From contig CAJINV010000004.1 in assembly GCA_905178155.1 (NCBI GenBank), positions 6,972,358 through 7,036,357 on the forward strand: a DNA stretch of 64,000 nt, read 5' to 3'. A model generated the notes under the pieces. That model did no database searches. It had not been told where the DNA came from and saw nothing but the letters and a program-made list of their open reading frames with translations. Shown here piece by piece: positions 50,674 to 63,730 of this stretch. This DNA is from Amoebophrya sp. A120. Its lineage: Eukaryota > Protista > Dinoflagellata. The number at the start of each line of letters is the position of its first letter. The stretch's first letter is position 1. Made by a program: the position numbers and the translations under genes.

Positions 50674-52074
50674 TCATGTGGTCCGATTCATTTCCACCAG
50701 TACTTCACTGCATCCGACCTCTAATCTGTGAACCCATAGCTTTTCGACGGCTGGAGGTCGTTTCGTTTCAGTTCCGCTTTCATCTTCTTTCACCACCTGC
50801 TTCAACTGCCCCAAATCTCTTTCTTCGTCAACCCGCACCGGCCCCTCGTTGACCACCACAATCTCCCGCACGCCATTCTCCACACACTGCCGCATCACCC
50901 GCCACGCCGACCCCACGGCCAGACTTGTGCCCATGGTGATCAGTCCGTCGGCGTGTTTCGTCCAGTTCGAAACCGTGTCCCACCTACTTCCCGGCACTTT
51001 GTCGCCAAAATACACCACATCCGGGCGGAGGAAGTCTTTGCCGCAGGCTTGGCATGCCGGTAATCGGAACCGGGTGATGATGTCTTCGTCCTCCACTTCC
51101 GCGTCGCCATCGGCGTTAACGGGGAAGAAATTTTCCGCCTGGACGTCTTTCAATTGGAGGGTTGAGGGGAAGAGGTAGTCGGAGTTACTTTCGTCGGATG
51201 AAGAACTAGCAGATGAAGGACAAGATGATGCTGCTGAGGGCAATACAACTACCTCCCTCTCTTTTTTCGCCTGATTCAAGTCGAATAACACCTGCTGCAT
51301 CTCCTCCCGGGAATACGGCGCTTCATGCCCACAGCTGCCGCACACGATCCGATGCAGGGAGCCGTGGAGTTCTAAAACCTCGGGGCTGCCCGCGCGCTGG
51401 TGAAGTCCGTCCACAATGTATTATAGGGGGAAAATGATCTTTGTCTTTTACTTCTTTTTCTGATCACAGCTAGCAGTGCTGGTCTTGCGCCTGCTGATGT
51501 CCAGGTGGATCCAACATGAGTATCCTACTTTTGATGCAGGAAACAAGAATGCACAAGCATTGCCAGGAACAAGAGGATCAGAAATGCAAAAAGGCGGCCA
51601 ATATCCCTCTTCATACTTTTGCGTTATCACACGGAGCCAGCTACTTTGCAGTTCGCCACTACCGCCTGCTGCGGAAGCATCCACGTCAACGCCAAGCGTT
51701 CCAGACCCCCATCTGTTGGCCAGCCTGGCCAATTCTCGATGCCCGGCATTCGGTTTGGCCTCGTTCAGGTTTTTGTAGCCGAAAAAGCCTCTTGTCCAAT
51801 ACCTTTTTCGCATGTACGTGCTCGATTTGAACTCCTGGATCGTCATGGGTCGGTGGCCTTTCTTGTAAGATCCATGCTTCCCTCGGTAATCTGGGATACC
51901 GGAATCTTTGGAAATGCCCGCCCCGGTGAGAACGAGAACGCGGGATTTTCGGTGGAGAAAATCGGAGAGGAGCTTGGAGGCGGTGGGGAGGTCGGTGATT
52001 TTGTTCATGGGAGACATGAGTGTGACGGAACTCGGCCACACAGACATAGTTGTGTTGACAGCTAGAAATGACAA
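50674..52074 (-). CDS. SIRT4: NAD-dependent deacylase, class II sirtuin (SIRT4-like)
   Basis: LTGAGISKDSGIPDYRG, RKRYWTR, PNAGH, ITQ|NVDGLH, ELHGSL, CxxC, DGDA, CxxC, RPDVVYFGD, GTSLAV; start codon uncertain. Confidence 0.85.
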
Positions 52075-52894
52075 TGTTGAGGACGGCCGCGACGCACTGC
52101 CATTATTCTGGTGGAAAGCCTAGATGACACACCAGCAGTGACACACTTCCGCTGACGCCGCATTCTTGCGATGATCTTCTCAGCTCCGGTGTTCATCGAG
52201 GAAACCGTGAGGGCCGTGAACCCCGGCACGACCCTCAAGTGCAGTATATAAAATCGCCCTCGATCATCTCGAAACTACGACTACCAGAAACATACTATCA
52301 GAAACACTATCTGACGCTATACACGACGTAGATTCAAGATCAGACCAAATGGCTTGGCTTGGCTGCAAATTGGCGCTCCAGAACTCTAAGAGTGAACAAG
52401 CAGGATGTACGTACTTATGAGCTAAATGCTGTTGACTCTTCATGAGTAATTTATGCCAAACAAATCACCAGGAACGGGTCCCATGAAGCAGGAACACAAG
52501 AATAAAAACTCTGCATATTTCGTCTCCCCGCTCTAAGAGTCGCGTTTTAACGAATGCATTTTTTTTTCGGCCGTATAAGTATAGTAAAAGTAGAGTTTGC
52601 GTCAATACACTAAATATTCTTGTCGTCTTCTCCTGCGTGAAAATCGTTGCGTGCCACGATTTGATAGCAATAAATGATATGAATGGGGTTTTTGAAAAAA
52701 CAATCAAGAGCGGCATAGCGAAAAACTTGAGGAGGTACTAGTTGTCGTCCGGTCGTACTAGTAGCTTTTTCGCAGGGCGTTATTCATGATCTTTATAAAT
52801 TAGCCTGCTTGTTTGAGGCTCAAAACAACTCTGAGGCGATGCTTCTGCTTTCCTCGTACTCTTGACAGGCATCTCAAGTGACGTAGTTCTTTAC

Positions 52895-55800
52895 TCACAA
52901 GAAGCGAGTCAGCCGATCTCTAGCTCGTCCTACTTTTTCCTTCGCCTGCTGAACGTCTTCCGCACTGAAAGAAGAGTTGTTCGCCTGATTGTTTCCGCCG
53001 GGCAGATGTGGAAGGTTTGCGCTTCGAATGTCCGTCTGGAGTTCTTCCAACATGGTCAGCAAATCGCCCGCAACATCAAACACGTCGCTTTTCGGAGTTC
53101 CTTCTTCGATTCCCAGCACCTGCCATGCCCAGAGAAGAGAGTCTTCTTGTTCAACTTGCTCTAGAATATGTGGCACTCGTTCTGCGATGTCAATCTTCGC
53201 CTTCTTGCCGTATTCTTCAGCTTGTTTTGCCATCTTTCTTGGGTCGTCGCAGCTGATTGGCTTCTTCGGATCCACACCGTTTCTCGAACACCAGTACTTG
53301 TGGTAGGGACAATTTGGAGGATCCGTTAAAGTTGCTCCCGAAATGATGTTAGCGATGTCGGGAAAGTTTATGTGCAAATCCACGAGCGATTGCATATCTT
53401 GTTCGGGCATTGCTCTGTTGGGGAGGTCGATGTTGATCTTCTGGCGCAAATACGTTGCGACGTTGTTCCGCAGTAGCGTCACGATGTTGCAGGCCACTTG
53501 CTCGTCCGCCCGGCTTCCCTGCATGGCGGCTACCGCATCAGATTCTTCCTGTAAATCTTCGAGAAAATCTTTAATCCGAATCGGCGACACCATCTGCGTG
53601 AGTCGGTTTGCATCACTGTGCACGATCGTTACATACTGCTCACCCGCATCCGCGCTCCAACGCTTCAAGTCCTTCCAGACGCTAACGCAACGCTCGACAA
53701 AATTGACATCGGTTAGCACGATTAGCAGCATATCGCGAGGCTTCATTACCGAGAACTTTATCGGTTTTCCCTGCTTTGTCCAATAATCACACACTCGCTT
53801 GCCGTGGTACTCCCAACACGATCTGAAAATTATATTTTTCCAATACCTTTCTTTTGTGCTTGTTCTGTCTAAGTACAATTATCTATCGAATATCTATATC
53901 AATTATTTTTCTACTAGCTGCGGAAACACATAACGATAACTCGAGCCAATTCAACGCGAAGGTGGTGAAGAAGTGACTGAGAGGAGTTCCATGGCCACAA
54001 AGCTATCAAAACTTCCCCCTCCATCCAAGTGCACCAAAGTGAACTCCGAAGCCCTGCTGACGACACGCAAAATAAAAATCTCCATACCGAAACTTCACAA
54101 CGTTGGAGAGCTTGTCCTGGGCGTCTTCGAAGAAGTCAAAGTCCCAAAGGGGGTTGTCTTTCTTAATCTCCTTCCAAGTTGTCCACTTGCGGGTCCGCAG
54201 GTCTTTAATCGCCGCGTCATCCTTGATTTCGTCGCAGGTTAAGAAGGATGGAAACCCATTATTCGAGACGCCCGCCATAACCCTCATCTGGTGGCCAAGC
54301 TTGCAGGAGTGACGGTGTGTCGGTTCCCCTGCCCCCGGCTGGTCGCACTTTCTGCCACACGCCGGACAGCAGTGTGTGCAGCCAATCGCGGTCTCCTTGA
54401 AGTTGAAGTACGTGGTGTCTAAACCCATTTCCTGAATGTCGAGTTGAACGTCTTCGCACGCTTTTAACTCTTTCAAACACCGGGCCTCCAAAACCTCACA
54501 GAAAACATCAAAGGACACAATCTTCAGCCCCTGCGTTGTCGGCATCTTCACGAAGGGAACGGACCCCCAGGTGTCCAATGTGTCGACGCCGTCGATTTCC
54601 CATCCTGCCGCCCCATCCCAAACCCATGTTGTGCTGTCGCGGAACAGGTCGGACTGTCGATTGTTACCAACGCAGGAATCAATGAAAAACGCAAACACAG
54701 CACTGTGCTGGTCCGACGCATTCACGTCAAAGCAGTTTCTCCCCCTTTGGGACGAAGCAGCGAAGAGATGAGTTCCTCCGTCGTCACGAATCGTGCCGAG
54801 AAACTGTTTCAGCTTGGCCAAGTGGTGCAGTAACTTGCTCAGCGCATCTTTCCTGTCCATCTTGTGCTGGGCCACAAACCGCGCCTTGATGGACTGGTAC
54901 GTCTCTTTCCACTTTTTTTCGAACTCCTCCTGAATGAACGCGGCTTGATCGGTGAGGTAGCGCACAACCTCATTGGAATCTGCAGTCGGGCAGAATGGTA
55001 GCCGGCTATCTAAGGACTCTTGCAGTGCAACAGCGGAAAATGCGCCGGCGTGGTGCTGCATCTGCTCGGTGGCGTCCTTTGCCGTCTTCTTTTGCAGGTC
55101 TTTGCCCAACGACTCCATAGCAGAGTCCATCACGCGCTCTGCCATGATTTCACTCTGGCCGCGCGGGTCGGAGAGTATCGATTTGATCACGAACTGTAGC
55201 CAGGGCTCGCGATCTTTTTCGAAAACCTCAATGTGCCGCACCGAGCGCGCGCGGGAGCCATCGGATATCAGGGACCACATCGTGACGAGGGCGTAGAAGT
55301 GAAGATGCGCCATTCCGTCCATATCCAGTTTCCACCCAAAGCGGCGCAAATCCTCGCTCACCGATTTGTCTATCGCCTCCGAACAACGCTGGCGCACGAG
55401 TCGCGTCAGGTGTACCGAGTAGTTTGCAACTACAGAGGATGCACATCCAGCTCCTTGTTCTGTTTCCGTGTCAAGACGCGACAAGTCGACCTCCCTCAAA
55501 ATGATTTCGCGGAAGCGCTTGAAGACCGTGCCACGCCAGCGGCCCTCGTTGCGGACCAGCAGGTTAAACTGCGAACGGATGTCGTGACTGTCGGTACCTA
55601 CTTCCTCGCCTGCCACGAACTTCAAAGCATCCGCAAAGGGGGCGTTGAAATCCGGCACGCTTTTTTCTTGCGGACCATCGAGCATTTCTTCATCTGGTGC
55701 CGTCGGGTCGCGGCGGACTTTGAAAACAATCTTTGCGCCTGATCCGGAAACGTGGGTAAGGTGTTGCGGCGGCTGGTAGAGTGGCGACTTGAGGAGATAC

Positions 55801-58800
55801 TCATCAACTACTGCAATGGCTCGTAAATCGACGTAGTTGCTGTTTGCGTGACTGCGCGTCTGTGCGAAGTTGGGAATCGGCAGCAAAAGGCGAGCGAGGT
55901 TTCTGTTGTTCGATGACTCGCGCAGACGCATTGGCGTCGGTCTCTCGCGGAGACTGTCAGCTGCTGCACTGGAAGCCGCAGACCTGGGCGGCGAACTTGC
56001 TGCAAAATCTTCAAAATCCGACCGCTTCCTGCGCTTCGAATCAGCACCCTGCCCTTCATCTCCTACCGCCCGATTCCTTTTCGTGACGGGTGCAGTCTGG
56101 AAGACATGATCCATCATCTCGGCGTACTGACTGCACAATATCCGGAATAGCTCGTCGGGTTTCTTTTCCTTCGCTTCGCTCGGCGCCCTTGCATCTCGGG
56201 ATGAAGAAAACACCGAAAAAATTCCTGAAAAAACATTTTTGCTACCCGTATACGACGAGTCCGCACCCGTTTTTCCGTCATCCTCAATGAGCGCAATGAC
56301 AGCCTCGATGAACGCGTTCGCAACTTGAAATCCATAGGCGTTGAACGACGCGCATGCGTCCTCCACTTGTCGGATGCGCGTCTGGTCAGTTCCGACGCGA
56401 GACTTTGCTACGCAGGCCAGGAGATCGTTGAAAAATGTTTTCCATTTTACCGCCAACACGAAGTCACTCCAGTTGAACCGCTGAATGGAGTAGTAGGGGT
56501 CGTAAAAGTCCGCTGGGGAAAGAAAATTCCCGGGCCCCGCAGAAGGAGTTTCATCAGCGCCGGCATGCCTCATCAAATCCGGAAGATCCTCAAGTGCTGG
56601 ATTAATGAAATCGCTTTGCCCGATGTCCATGCACGGGGTGTTCCCACTCGCGAACATGCGGTCCATAATCATCTTCTGAAGAATCTCGTCCGAGCCGCGA
56701 TGTTCCTTTACGGTTTTTTCGAAGTCCGAGTCACAGAAAATGTCCAACGGAAACTCTTGGTGCTGCCCGTAGCTTCCGCGGAGCAGCGTCCACAGTCGGT
56801 CCTGATCTTGGGCTAGATGGAGCTTCTTGTGCATCCCGGCAAGAATGTCATTCCAGACAACGTCGAACTCACTGGTAATCAGCCGCACTTTCTCCTCTTC
56901 GGAAAGCGGTGTAGAAGATGGAGCTTCGCCGCGCGACGCTCCATCTTGCTCCAGGTCCGGCGACGTCGTCAGCGATTCGTCGCCGTTCCTGCGAAACTGC
57001 GGCATCGAAGTAAACTTTTCAATCATTTGGTCGAGCTGAGCAACTCCTTTTTCGCGACTTTTTTCGGCTGCAATCTGCTGCAGCTGCAGCAGCGCGTTGT
57101 GCTGCTGGCCTTCGCAGTGGCACCGGACGCGGTCGCGGGCCTTCTTCTGGTACTGCTCCATTAGATCGTGATCGTACGTTACCAGCTTCTCCTTCGCTTT
57201 GTCTTTGAGCTCCTTCTCAATTCGCTTGCCAATGGCATCGAAGTGCTCCTGGATTCTGCTACGGACCTCCGTTTCCTGCAGCTGCTGGTACTTCTTGCTG
57301 AGAATTTTGTCGGCCTCCACGCACGACACCGCGTCCTCCAGCGCTTTTTGGTCCCGGGCGATGGCGTCGTTGCAGGTCAGGTGCGTGTCCTCGAGTTTCT
57401 GGCTGATTTCAAGAAGCAAGTGGTTCTGCTGCAGCAACTTCATGTTTGCGAACCGATACAGGTCCGGATAATTCTGGATTGTTTTCCAGGTGTCCGCACT
57501 CATGCTGATCCAATTGCGAAGTTCCTGGGTGGCAAACTGGGCGGCCCCTACGGAACTCGAACGACCCTGCTCCAAGCCTCCGAAGGAGCTGGCAGAATTG
57601 CCAGTATAGTCACCCGTCGCCACAGCCTCGAGCAGCTGTTTCGAAAACGCAGCAACCTGCTTGGCGTAGCGGAGACTTGGTTGCGAGCGCTCCCACTCTT
57701 CATCGCGACCGCGCTTGCTGTCTTTCTCATCGGTTTTGCACTCGAAGGCGAAGGGTAGTAGTACTAAGCGGCTCTCCGGAAACATCATGGCGTCCGCGGC
57801 TTCCTTGGCGTCTGGTTTCGATTCCCGGACGCTTTCACTGATCTTGTTGATCTGTTCCAGGTACGGTGCCTTGCTGTCCGACGCGTTTTTGTTGAAGACC
57901 ATGAAGACCTGCGGCATCGCCATTTTCGCCTTGTTCAAACCGTCCAGCGAGTAAATGCAGATCTCCAACAACTCCTGCATGCTGCGGTCTAGTTCCGTGT
58001 TAACATTGATGATGACGAGGTTGGAAACCGCGAGACAGAAGAGCGTGATTTTCCTGTCAAACTCCGGGTCGCCCTTCTCCGGGCTTTTTAGGCCTTCTGT
58101 GTCTATGACCATCAGCATGTCGTAGTTCGGGTGATCCAGCTCGATACAGGAACCATAAACGCCTTTGGTGCACCGCCCGCCGCTTGTGAAGAACTTGCAA
58201 CCAAACAAGAAGTTCAACAAGGTCGATTTTCCGGATGACTGTGGTCCCAGGATACTGACTACCAACACGCGCTTCTTGCCGAAGGTGCCGAAAGCTTCTG
58301 CAAGCGTCTTCTTCGGGATGGACAGTGTGTCACCGTCGATGATCTCGAACGGCTCGCCCATCTTGATCATGCCCAAAACCTTCTCGACCGGATCGATTTC
58401 GAAGTTCCCCTGCGCTCCAGCAGCACCACCGACCAATGCTGGTCCGGTCAGGCTAGTGGACGGCGCCGATGCGCCGTCGAACGGCATGCAGTCGAATTCC
58501 TTCATGTTGTAGAGCTCGCGCCACAGGAGCTCCAGCGAAAAGCGCTTTCGCTGCAAAAGATCGGAAACTTCGCGAACCTTCTCCCGCAATTCGACCGACT
58601 CGACGCCGCCTGCCATGTCTCTTCGCGAGTGCATGCGGTCCATGAGCAGGGACTTGTGCTTCTCGTCGTCGCGGGTGTTGCACTCGTTGAAGGCCTTCAA
58701 CAGGTGGCCAATGTAGCCGAGAATCAGCACGTTGTCGCCGTTTTGCAGAATCTTCACGAACAGTTTGTAGAGGGAAGTGGGCTGGATTTGTCGCAAATCG

Positions 58801-61619
58801 GAAAGCAGCTTGTCCTTCTTCGTTTTTGCGTCCTGGATGACCTCATGTGCGAGCTCGGGGTTGCGCAGAATGCACTCCTGTTCTCGCAACTCGGTTAGCA
58901 GCCGTCGCGATGCAAGGCAGCACGGGTCGTAGAAGTCATTTTTGAACGGCTGTAGATCCGAAAAAAACTGGCTCGCAAAGTCGTCCACCTTCTTGTATAT
59001 GATCATGTCGTGCTCCTGATTTGGATTTTCTCCAGCATCGCCCGAGGGGAGACCCTCGTCACTTGCTAGCTTCCTGTCTTTCTCCGCTCGGTGGATTTGC
59101 TGCAGAACTTTTAGAAATTGGCCTTTTTCGAAACAGCTGCTGCCGTTGCTGCGTTTCACATCCGAAGCATTTCCAGAAGAACCTCCAAGCGCATTGTCGG
59201 CGTCGGCCATTTCGACATCGTCGCCATTAGTCCTCGAGCCCGTCGTCGCCGAACCCCCTCCTCCAGAAGCACACAGTTCTTGATTGAAGACTGGCTCAAG
59301 CTCGTACTTGACAGCACGATCCAGGTTCGAGTGGTCCGTTAACGAGGAAAGGTCGTGGAGCGCGATGAGATGCAGCCGTACCTGGGAGAAACCTCCTGAA
59401 GCACCGTCAGCTCCGGACAGCAAGCCAACAAACCGCTCGTGTAGCTGCTGCAGCCGCGCGTCGCATCCGCCAGCACTTGTCGTTGTTCCGGAAACTTCTA
59501 CTTTGCGGAGCGGCGTGGACGACACCGTGGCCGGCACATCGCGCACCAGCACGATGATTCCCCGCGGCGCCGCTTCGCGGGCCCCGTTGATGGCTTTCTG
59601 AAAGTCCTCGAGAATGGTCGTCCGCCCCTTCTCCACGTCCTCCCAGTGCACGTGGATACACCAGTGCGAGAAAAGCTGCAGCACCGCCCCGAAGCGCGCA
59701 CAGTCCAGCTGCCCGTGCTGATCCGCAACGCAAATTTTCCTGCGCCGGCAGCCGGCCTTGAAGGAAAAACCCAGATCAACGTCCAGCGAGCCGAAGCTGA
59801 AGAAGCCGCTGTCCTTCTCTGCAAAGGTGCACATCAGCACGCGGTTGATCAGCGTGCTCTTCCCGATCCCCTCGGAGGCTCGCGCGCCCAACCCAAAGCT
59901 GCACAGCGCGCTCTCGTACGGCTGCTGCAGGAGGAAGAACAGGTCGCCGTTAAAAGTCTGTCCCGGGTGGATGAGTGGCAGTGCGTGCAGCGTGTTGAAG
60001 TCCATGAGCAGCCGGAGTTTCAACGGCGTCTCCGCTCGCAGGAAGACGAAGTGAAACAACGCTTTCGGTGTGAAGAGGCTCGCGATGGCTTCAGCCTTCG
60101 CAATTTGACGCTTGATGTTGTCGTTACCAGCGGCCGAAGGAAGTAGCTTCTCGTTGTTCTCTGCGGACCCCATGACGACGTCACCGTCCCCATCGTTCTG
60201 ACCGCTTCCACCTCCGCCTTGTTGACTTAACATCTTGCACCATTCCGAAATGGCTTCACTGGCGATGCTCTGCAACTTGCTCCAGCTCTCACCGCGTTTG
60301 AGCAAATTGAAAATGATGGGGATCACATACTGTTTAAACCCGTCATCCGCAGAAAGGTCGCGAAGCCAGCGCTGGAGCACACTTCGAATGTCGTCTGCTT
60401 CGAGACGCAGGGAAACCTGTTTTTGCGGTTTAATAACAATCCTTTTTTCGTTTCTCAGCACCGACAAAATCAGAAATGCTTTTGCTTTCCAAGAAAACGC
60501 AAATCATTCTCAAAAAAACCACGGCACCATAGCCCTACTGGCAACAATATCAACAATTTACTCGGTTGTATTCCGACAGGCAAACCTCGCTGCTCTGGAA
60601 GTACGCTTCGACTTCTTCAACCTTCTTGACACACACTTCCGGATGTCCATAGTAGATTGGAGAGGGAAGTGGAAATTGCGGATTGTTGTGCACCCACTTC
60701 ACACTGAGATCTTGATTCAAACGCTGTAGCTTTGGCAGGAGGGAGCGGTTTATCTGTGTTTTGGATTTTCATTTTTTTGCCTTGCAGCAGATTTTTCATT
60801 TACATTTTCATTTTCAACATACGTCCCAACACGACTTTCTTTTTCTCAGCGGGTAAAGACATGAAAGCTGATAGATCATGTGTGAGATGAATCAGAGACA
60901 AAAGGTACGGTATCCTCGTATTCGGCTTTGTTTTTGTTGAGTTCCAGTTCGAAGAAGATCTCGACGCAGTCCTTTGTCATGACGTCCCCATATCGACATA
61001 TCTCTGGCCGGTCTAGCAACATCGCTGTGTTGCTGTGGTCGACAACTTCTTCGCTGTCATCTTTGTCCGAAGTTGTAGTTGCTCCATTACTCGCCATCTG
61101 CTCGATCAGAACGCCCGCGGCCCCACGCCAGTTTCGCCTCGCGAAGGTCGCAAAGTCCGCGTTCAGCTTTTTCCGCACGGCCTTGCTGACGGTAGTGGCC
61201 GGGTTTCCGTTGCAGGCTTTGTTAATGCGGTACTCCCAGTACACTTCCGGATCTGCGAACAACAGGAGTTCCGGACAGGCTTTGCGGTATTCCGGGTGCG
61301 CCGCGAGGGCGGCGAGCTCGGGGCGGATTTGGCAGTCCTCTTCCTCGAAGAACATGTGCTGCAGCTCCTGGAGTAGTTCCTCGCGCTCCTCCACCTCCTC
61401 GCTGCGCAACCGGTCCTGGCAGCTGTCAACAAACTCGCGGGACTTCTTCGTGACCAGGCTGGCCCAGAGCTCTTCCGTGCCAGAGGACGAGAGAGCCTCT
61501 TGCACTTTCACGTCGTGGTCATTCGGTGTGCCATTCACCGTGCAGCTGCCGCGCGCAAACTGGTTATCGCTACCCCTGCGCGGTCCGGGCACGGGACACT
61601 TCGAGCCGTTTTGCCCCAT
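52895..61619 (-). CDS. VLIG-type very large GTPase (GVIN1/URGCP-like), ~2,701 aa, 4 exons
   Basis: SILGPQSSGKSTLLNFLFG...GRCTKG...DTEGL...DRKITLFCLAVS; C-terminal CPACGRKC...H; GT-AG introns 60724-60908, 60417-60585 and 53823-54087 join the ORFs in frame. Confidence 0.8.
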
Positions 61620-62844
61620 ACTGGCGGCAGGAGGCTGAAGAGCTTAAGAAGTAGGGATGGACGCAGGTCTTTAAAAATTTAGTGCACAGTCATGTGTTTT
61701 TCGTTTTCTACTTGAAGTTGAAACGAAAACAATAGGATGTCACTTTGGACGATCATTTGTGCCAATCATCTAACCTTAAAACAAGCACCACCATATTAAG
61801 AATGGTAGTGGATAGCTTAAACCCTGAAACCTATACCAAACCCTTCCGGATCTGGAAATCACCACAAGAATCAGGAAAACGCTTCGCAAATCAATAGCAC
61901 GACGAAGTCAGGACTCGGTAAACGTAAAACTTAAGCTGCAATGCCACGAATGCTTCCTTTGCCAGGTTTGATATTTCTGACTGCTTTTTGAAATTCCATT
62001 TTGTTTTTCCATTTTACGTCTCCCGAGACCGCCTAGAAAAAAGTGTCGAATTCTCAACCTTGCCTTCAGACGTGAAAGAACGGGCTGCAATAAAGGATCT
62101 TCCGATGTGTTGAGAGCCGAGCTCCCCGTGCCGCTGTGCAGTGATTATCCTCTTTTACTTTTATACTACTAGATCTAGAACGTAACATGGAGAACAATTA
62201 CATCTTTGTCCAAGAGCGGGCCGACCATGGTGCACCTATGAAGACGACACACGTGATGACAACCAACATTGCTACTAATTATGTGTTCATTGTGATGACC
62301 TGCAACAAATGATGTTGTAACAACTTTTCCGGGTGGCGCGGCTGCTGATTCGGCAGCTAAAGCTATGACAATTTGACATCGTACATCTGCTTGCTTTGCG
62401 CCAGGAAGGTGCTGAGGCTGACGCAAAAAGTGAATGACATTCGGAGAGGACACTTGCTTCGGCTGGACTGGTGACAGCCTGACAACTACCACGCCATCAG
62501 CACAAGGAAGACCACGTGTCCTGGCATTGGTGGGAATTGGTGCGATAAATTTTCGTACTATTCCTAAATAAGTCATATGGTTCTTCCGCGAATATTGAAC
62601 GAGATAACGGGGTAACAATTTGCAACTTCGATGTAGACGCGTGAAACTTGTTGTTGATGTGGAAAGTACCAAGCAAATCGATTTACATTGTACAGCCTCG
62701 CAGCAATTTATCAAGCTGTTGCTACAAAAAAATCTTTCGTACCTAACAATTTAAAGAAGAAAATCATACATAGTCATAGTGTACTGTACAGTTAGAGTTA
62801 CAACGACAAACGTTTCATCAAAACCGCGGCTCTGCAAGACGATC

Positions 62845-63730
62845 CTAGAACGAGCTCGGTGGTCTCGACTGTGGCCGCGGCTGGTAGCTGGCAGCGGACA
62901 GTGGCACCCGGCCCGAGTTCACGTGCACCGCGAGCAGTTCGTGTGTGTTTGGAAATGGGTCCTCGATAGATTCGTCGTCGTTCTTCATTGTCGACCGGGA
63001 GAGTTCCTGGTCCAGAAACGAGTTGTACCTGGTGTTCCCCAAAGTGTCGCGCAAGGATTCGTGCAAGATCATTTCCCGCCGGCTTCGTTCGTGTTTCGAC
63101 TTGTGTTCGCCGAGCAAGGCGTCACTGCCATACCGGACGTTAGCCGTTCCAGAAGACATCATGGAGCTTGTTCCACCGAGCGGAAGGGAGGTCGCCGAGC
63201 CACCTGCTGGAATTATGACATTACCACCTCCTACCGCGACACCGGACCCGCTACCGCTACCGCTCTGCTCCGCGGTGAGTTGCCCGGCGGGGACGGGTAG
63301 TGGGACCGCCGTGCCCTTCATGTTTTGGTATTCGTTCAACCCGAGGGTGTCGCTCGTGTGTCGGGGCAGGTAAAACTGGGTTTGCCACCTGGTGGAGGAT
63401 TCGATCAAAACGTCTTGCTCCGTTACCACATCCCAGTACCCCGGGTCGCTCTGCCGCGATTCTAGCAGCTCCCGCTTCCGCATGTCGTATACCTCCGATT
63501 GTGGGTCGAAGAACTGCGAGTAGTTATCCACTGCAAGAGTATCGCACTCGTATATTATATGCCAGGCTTACATAAACAGATCTTTTTCTTATACCTCAAT
63601 CGGCACGACAAATTCCAAGTTGCTTCTCGAGAAAGTTTGTCATGCGATTTTTACAACTCGTACGATACTTTTGCATTGCATAGTGGTCTTCCTCCTGCAG
63701 TTCCCGGCTCGCCATCTCCTCTCGTTGCTG
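62845..63730 (-). CDS. 3' part of a hypothetical protein; 5' end unresolved
   Basis: Frame continues across the introner (QEEDH|SQFFDPQ). Confidence 0.55.
63525..63682. mobile_element. Introner family B
   Basis: TATCCACTGCAAGAGTATCGCACTCGTA / TCGTACGATACTTTTGCATTGCATA; TSD GTAGT/GTGGT. Confidence 0.88.
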
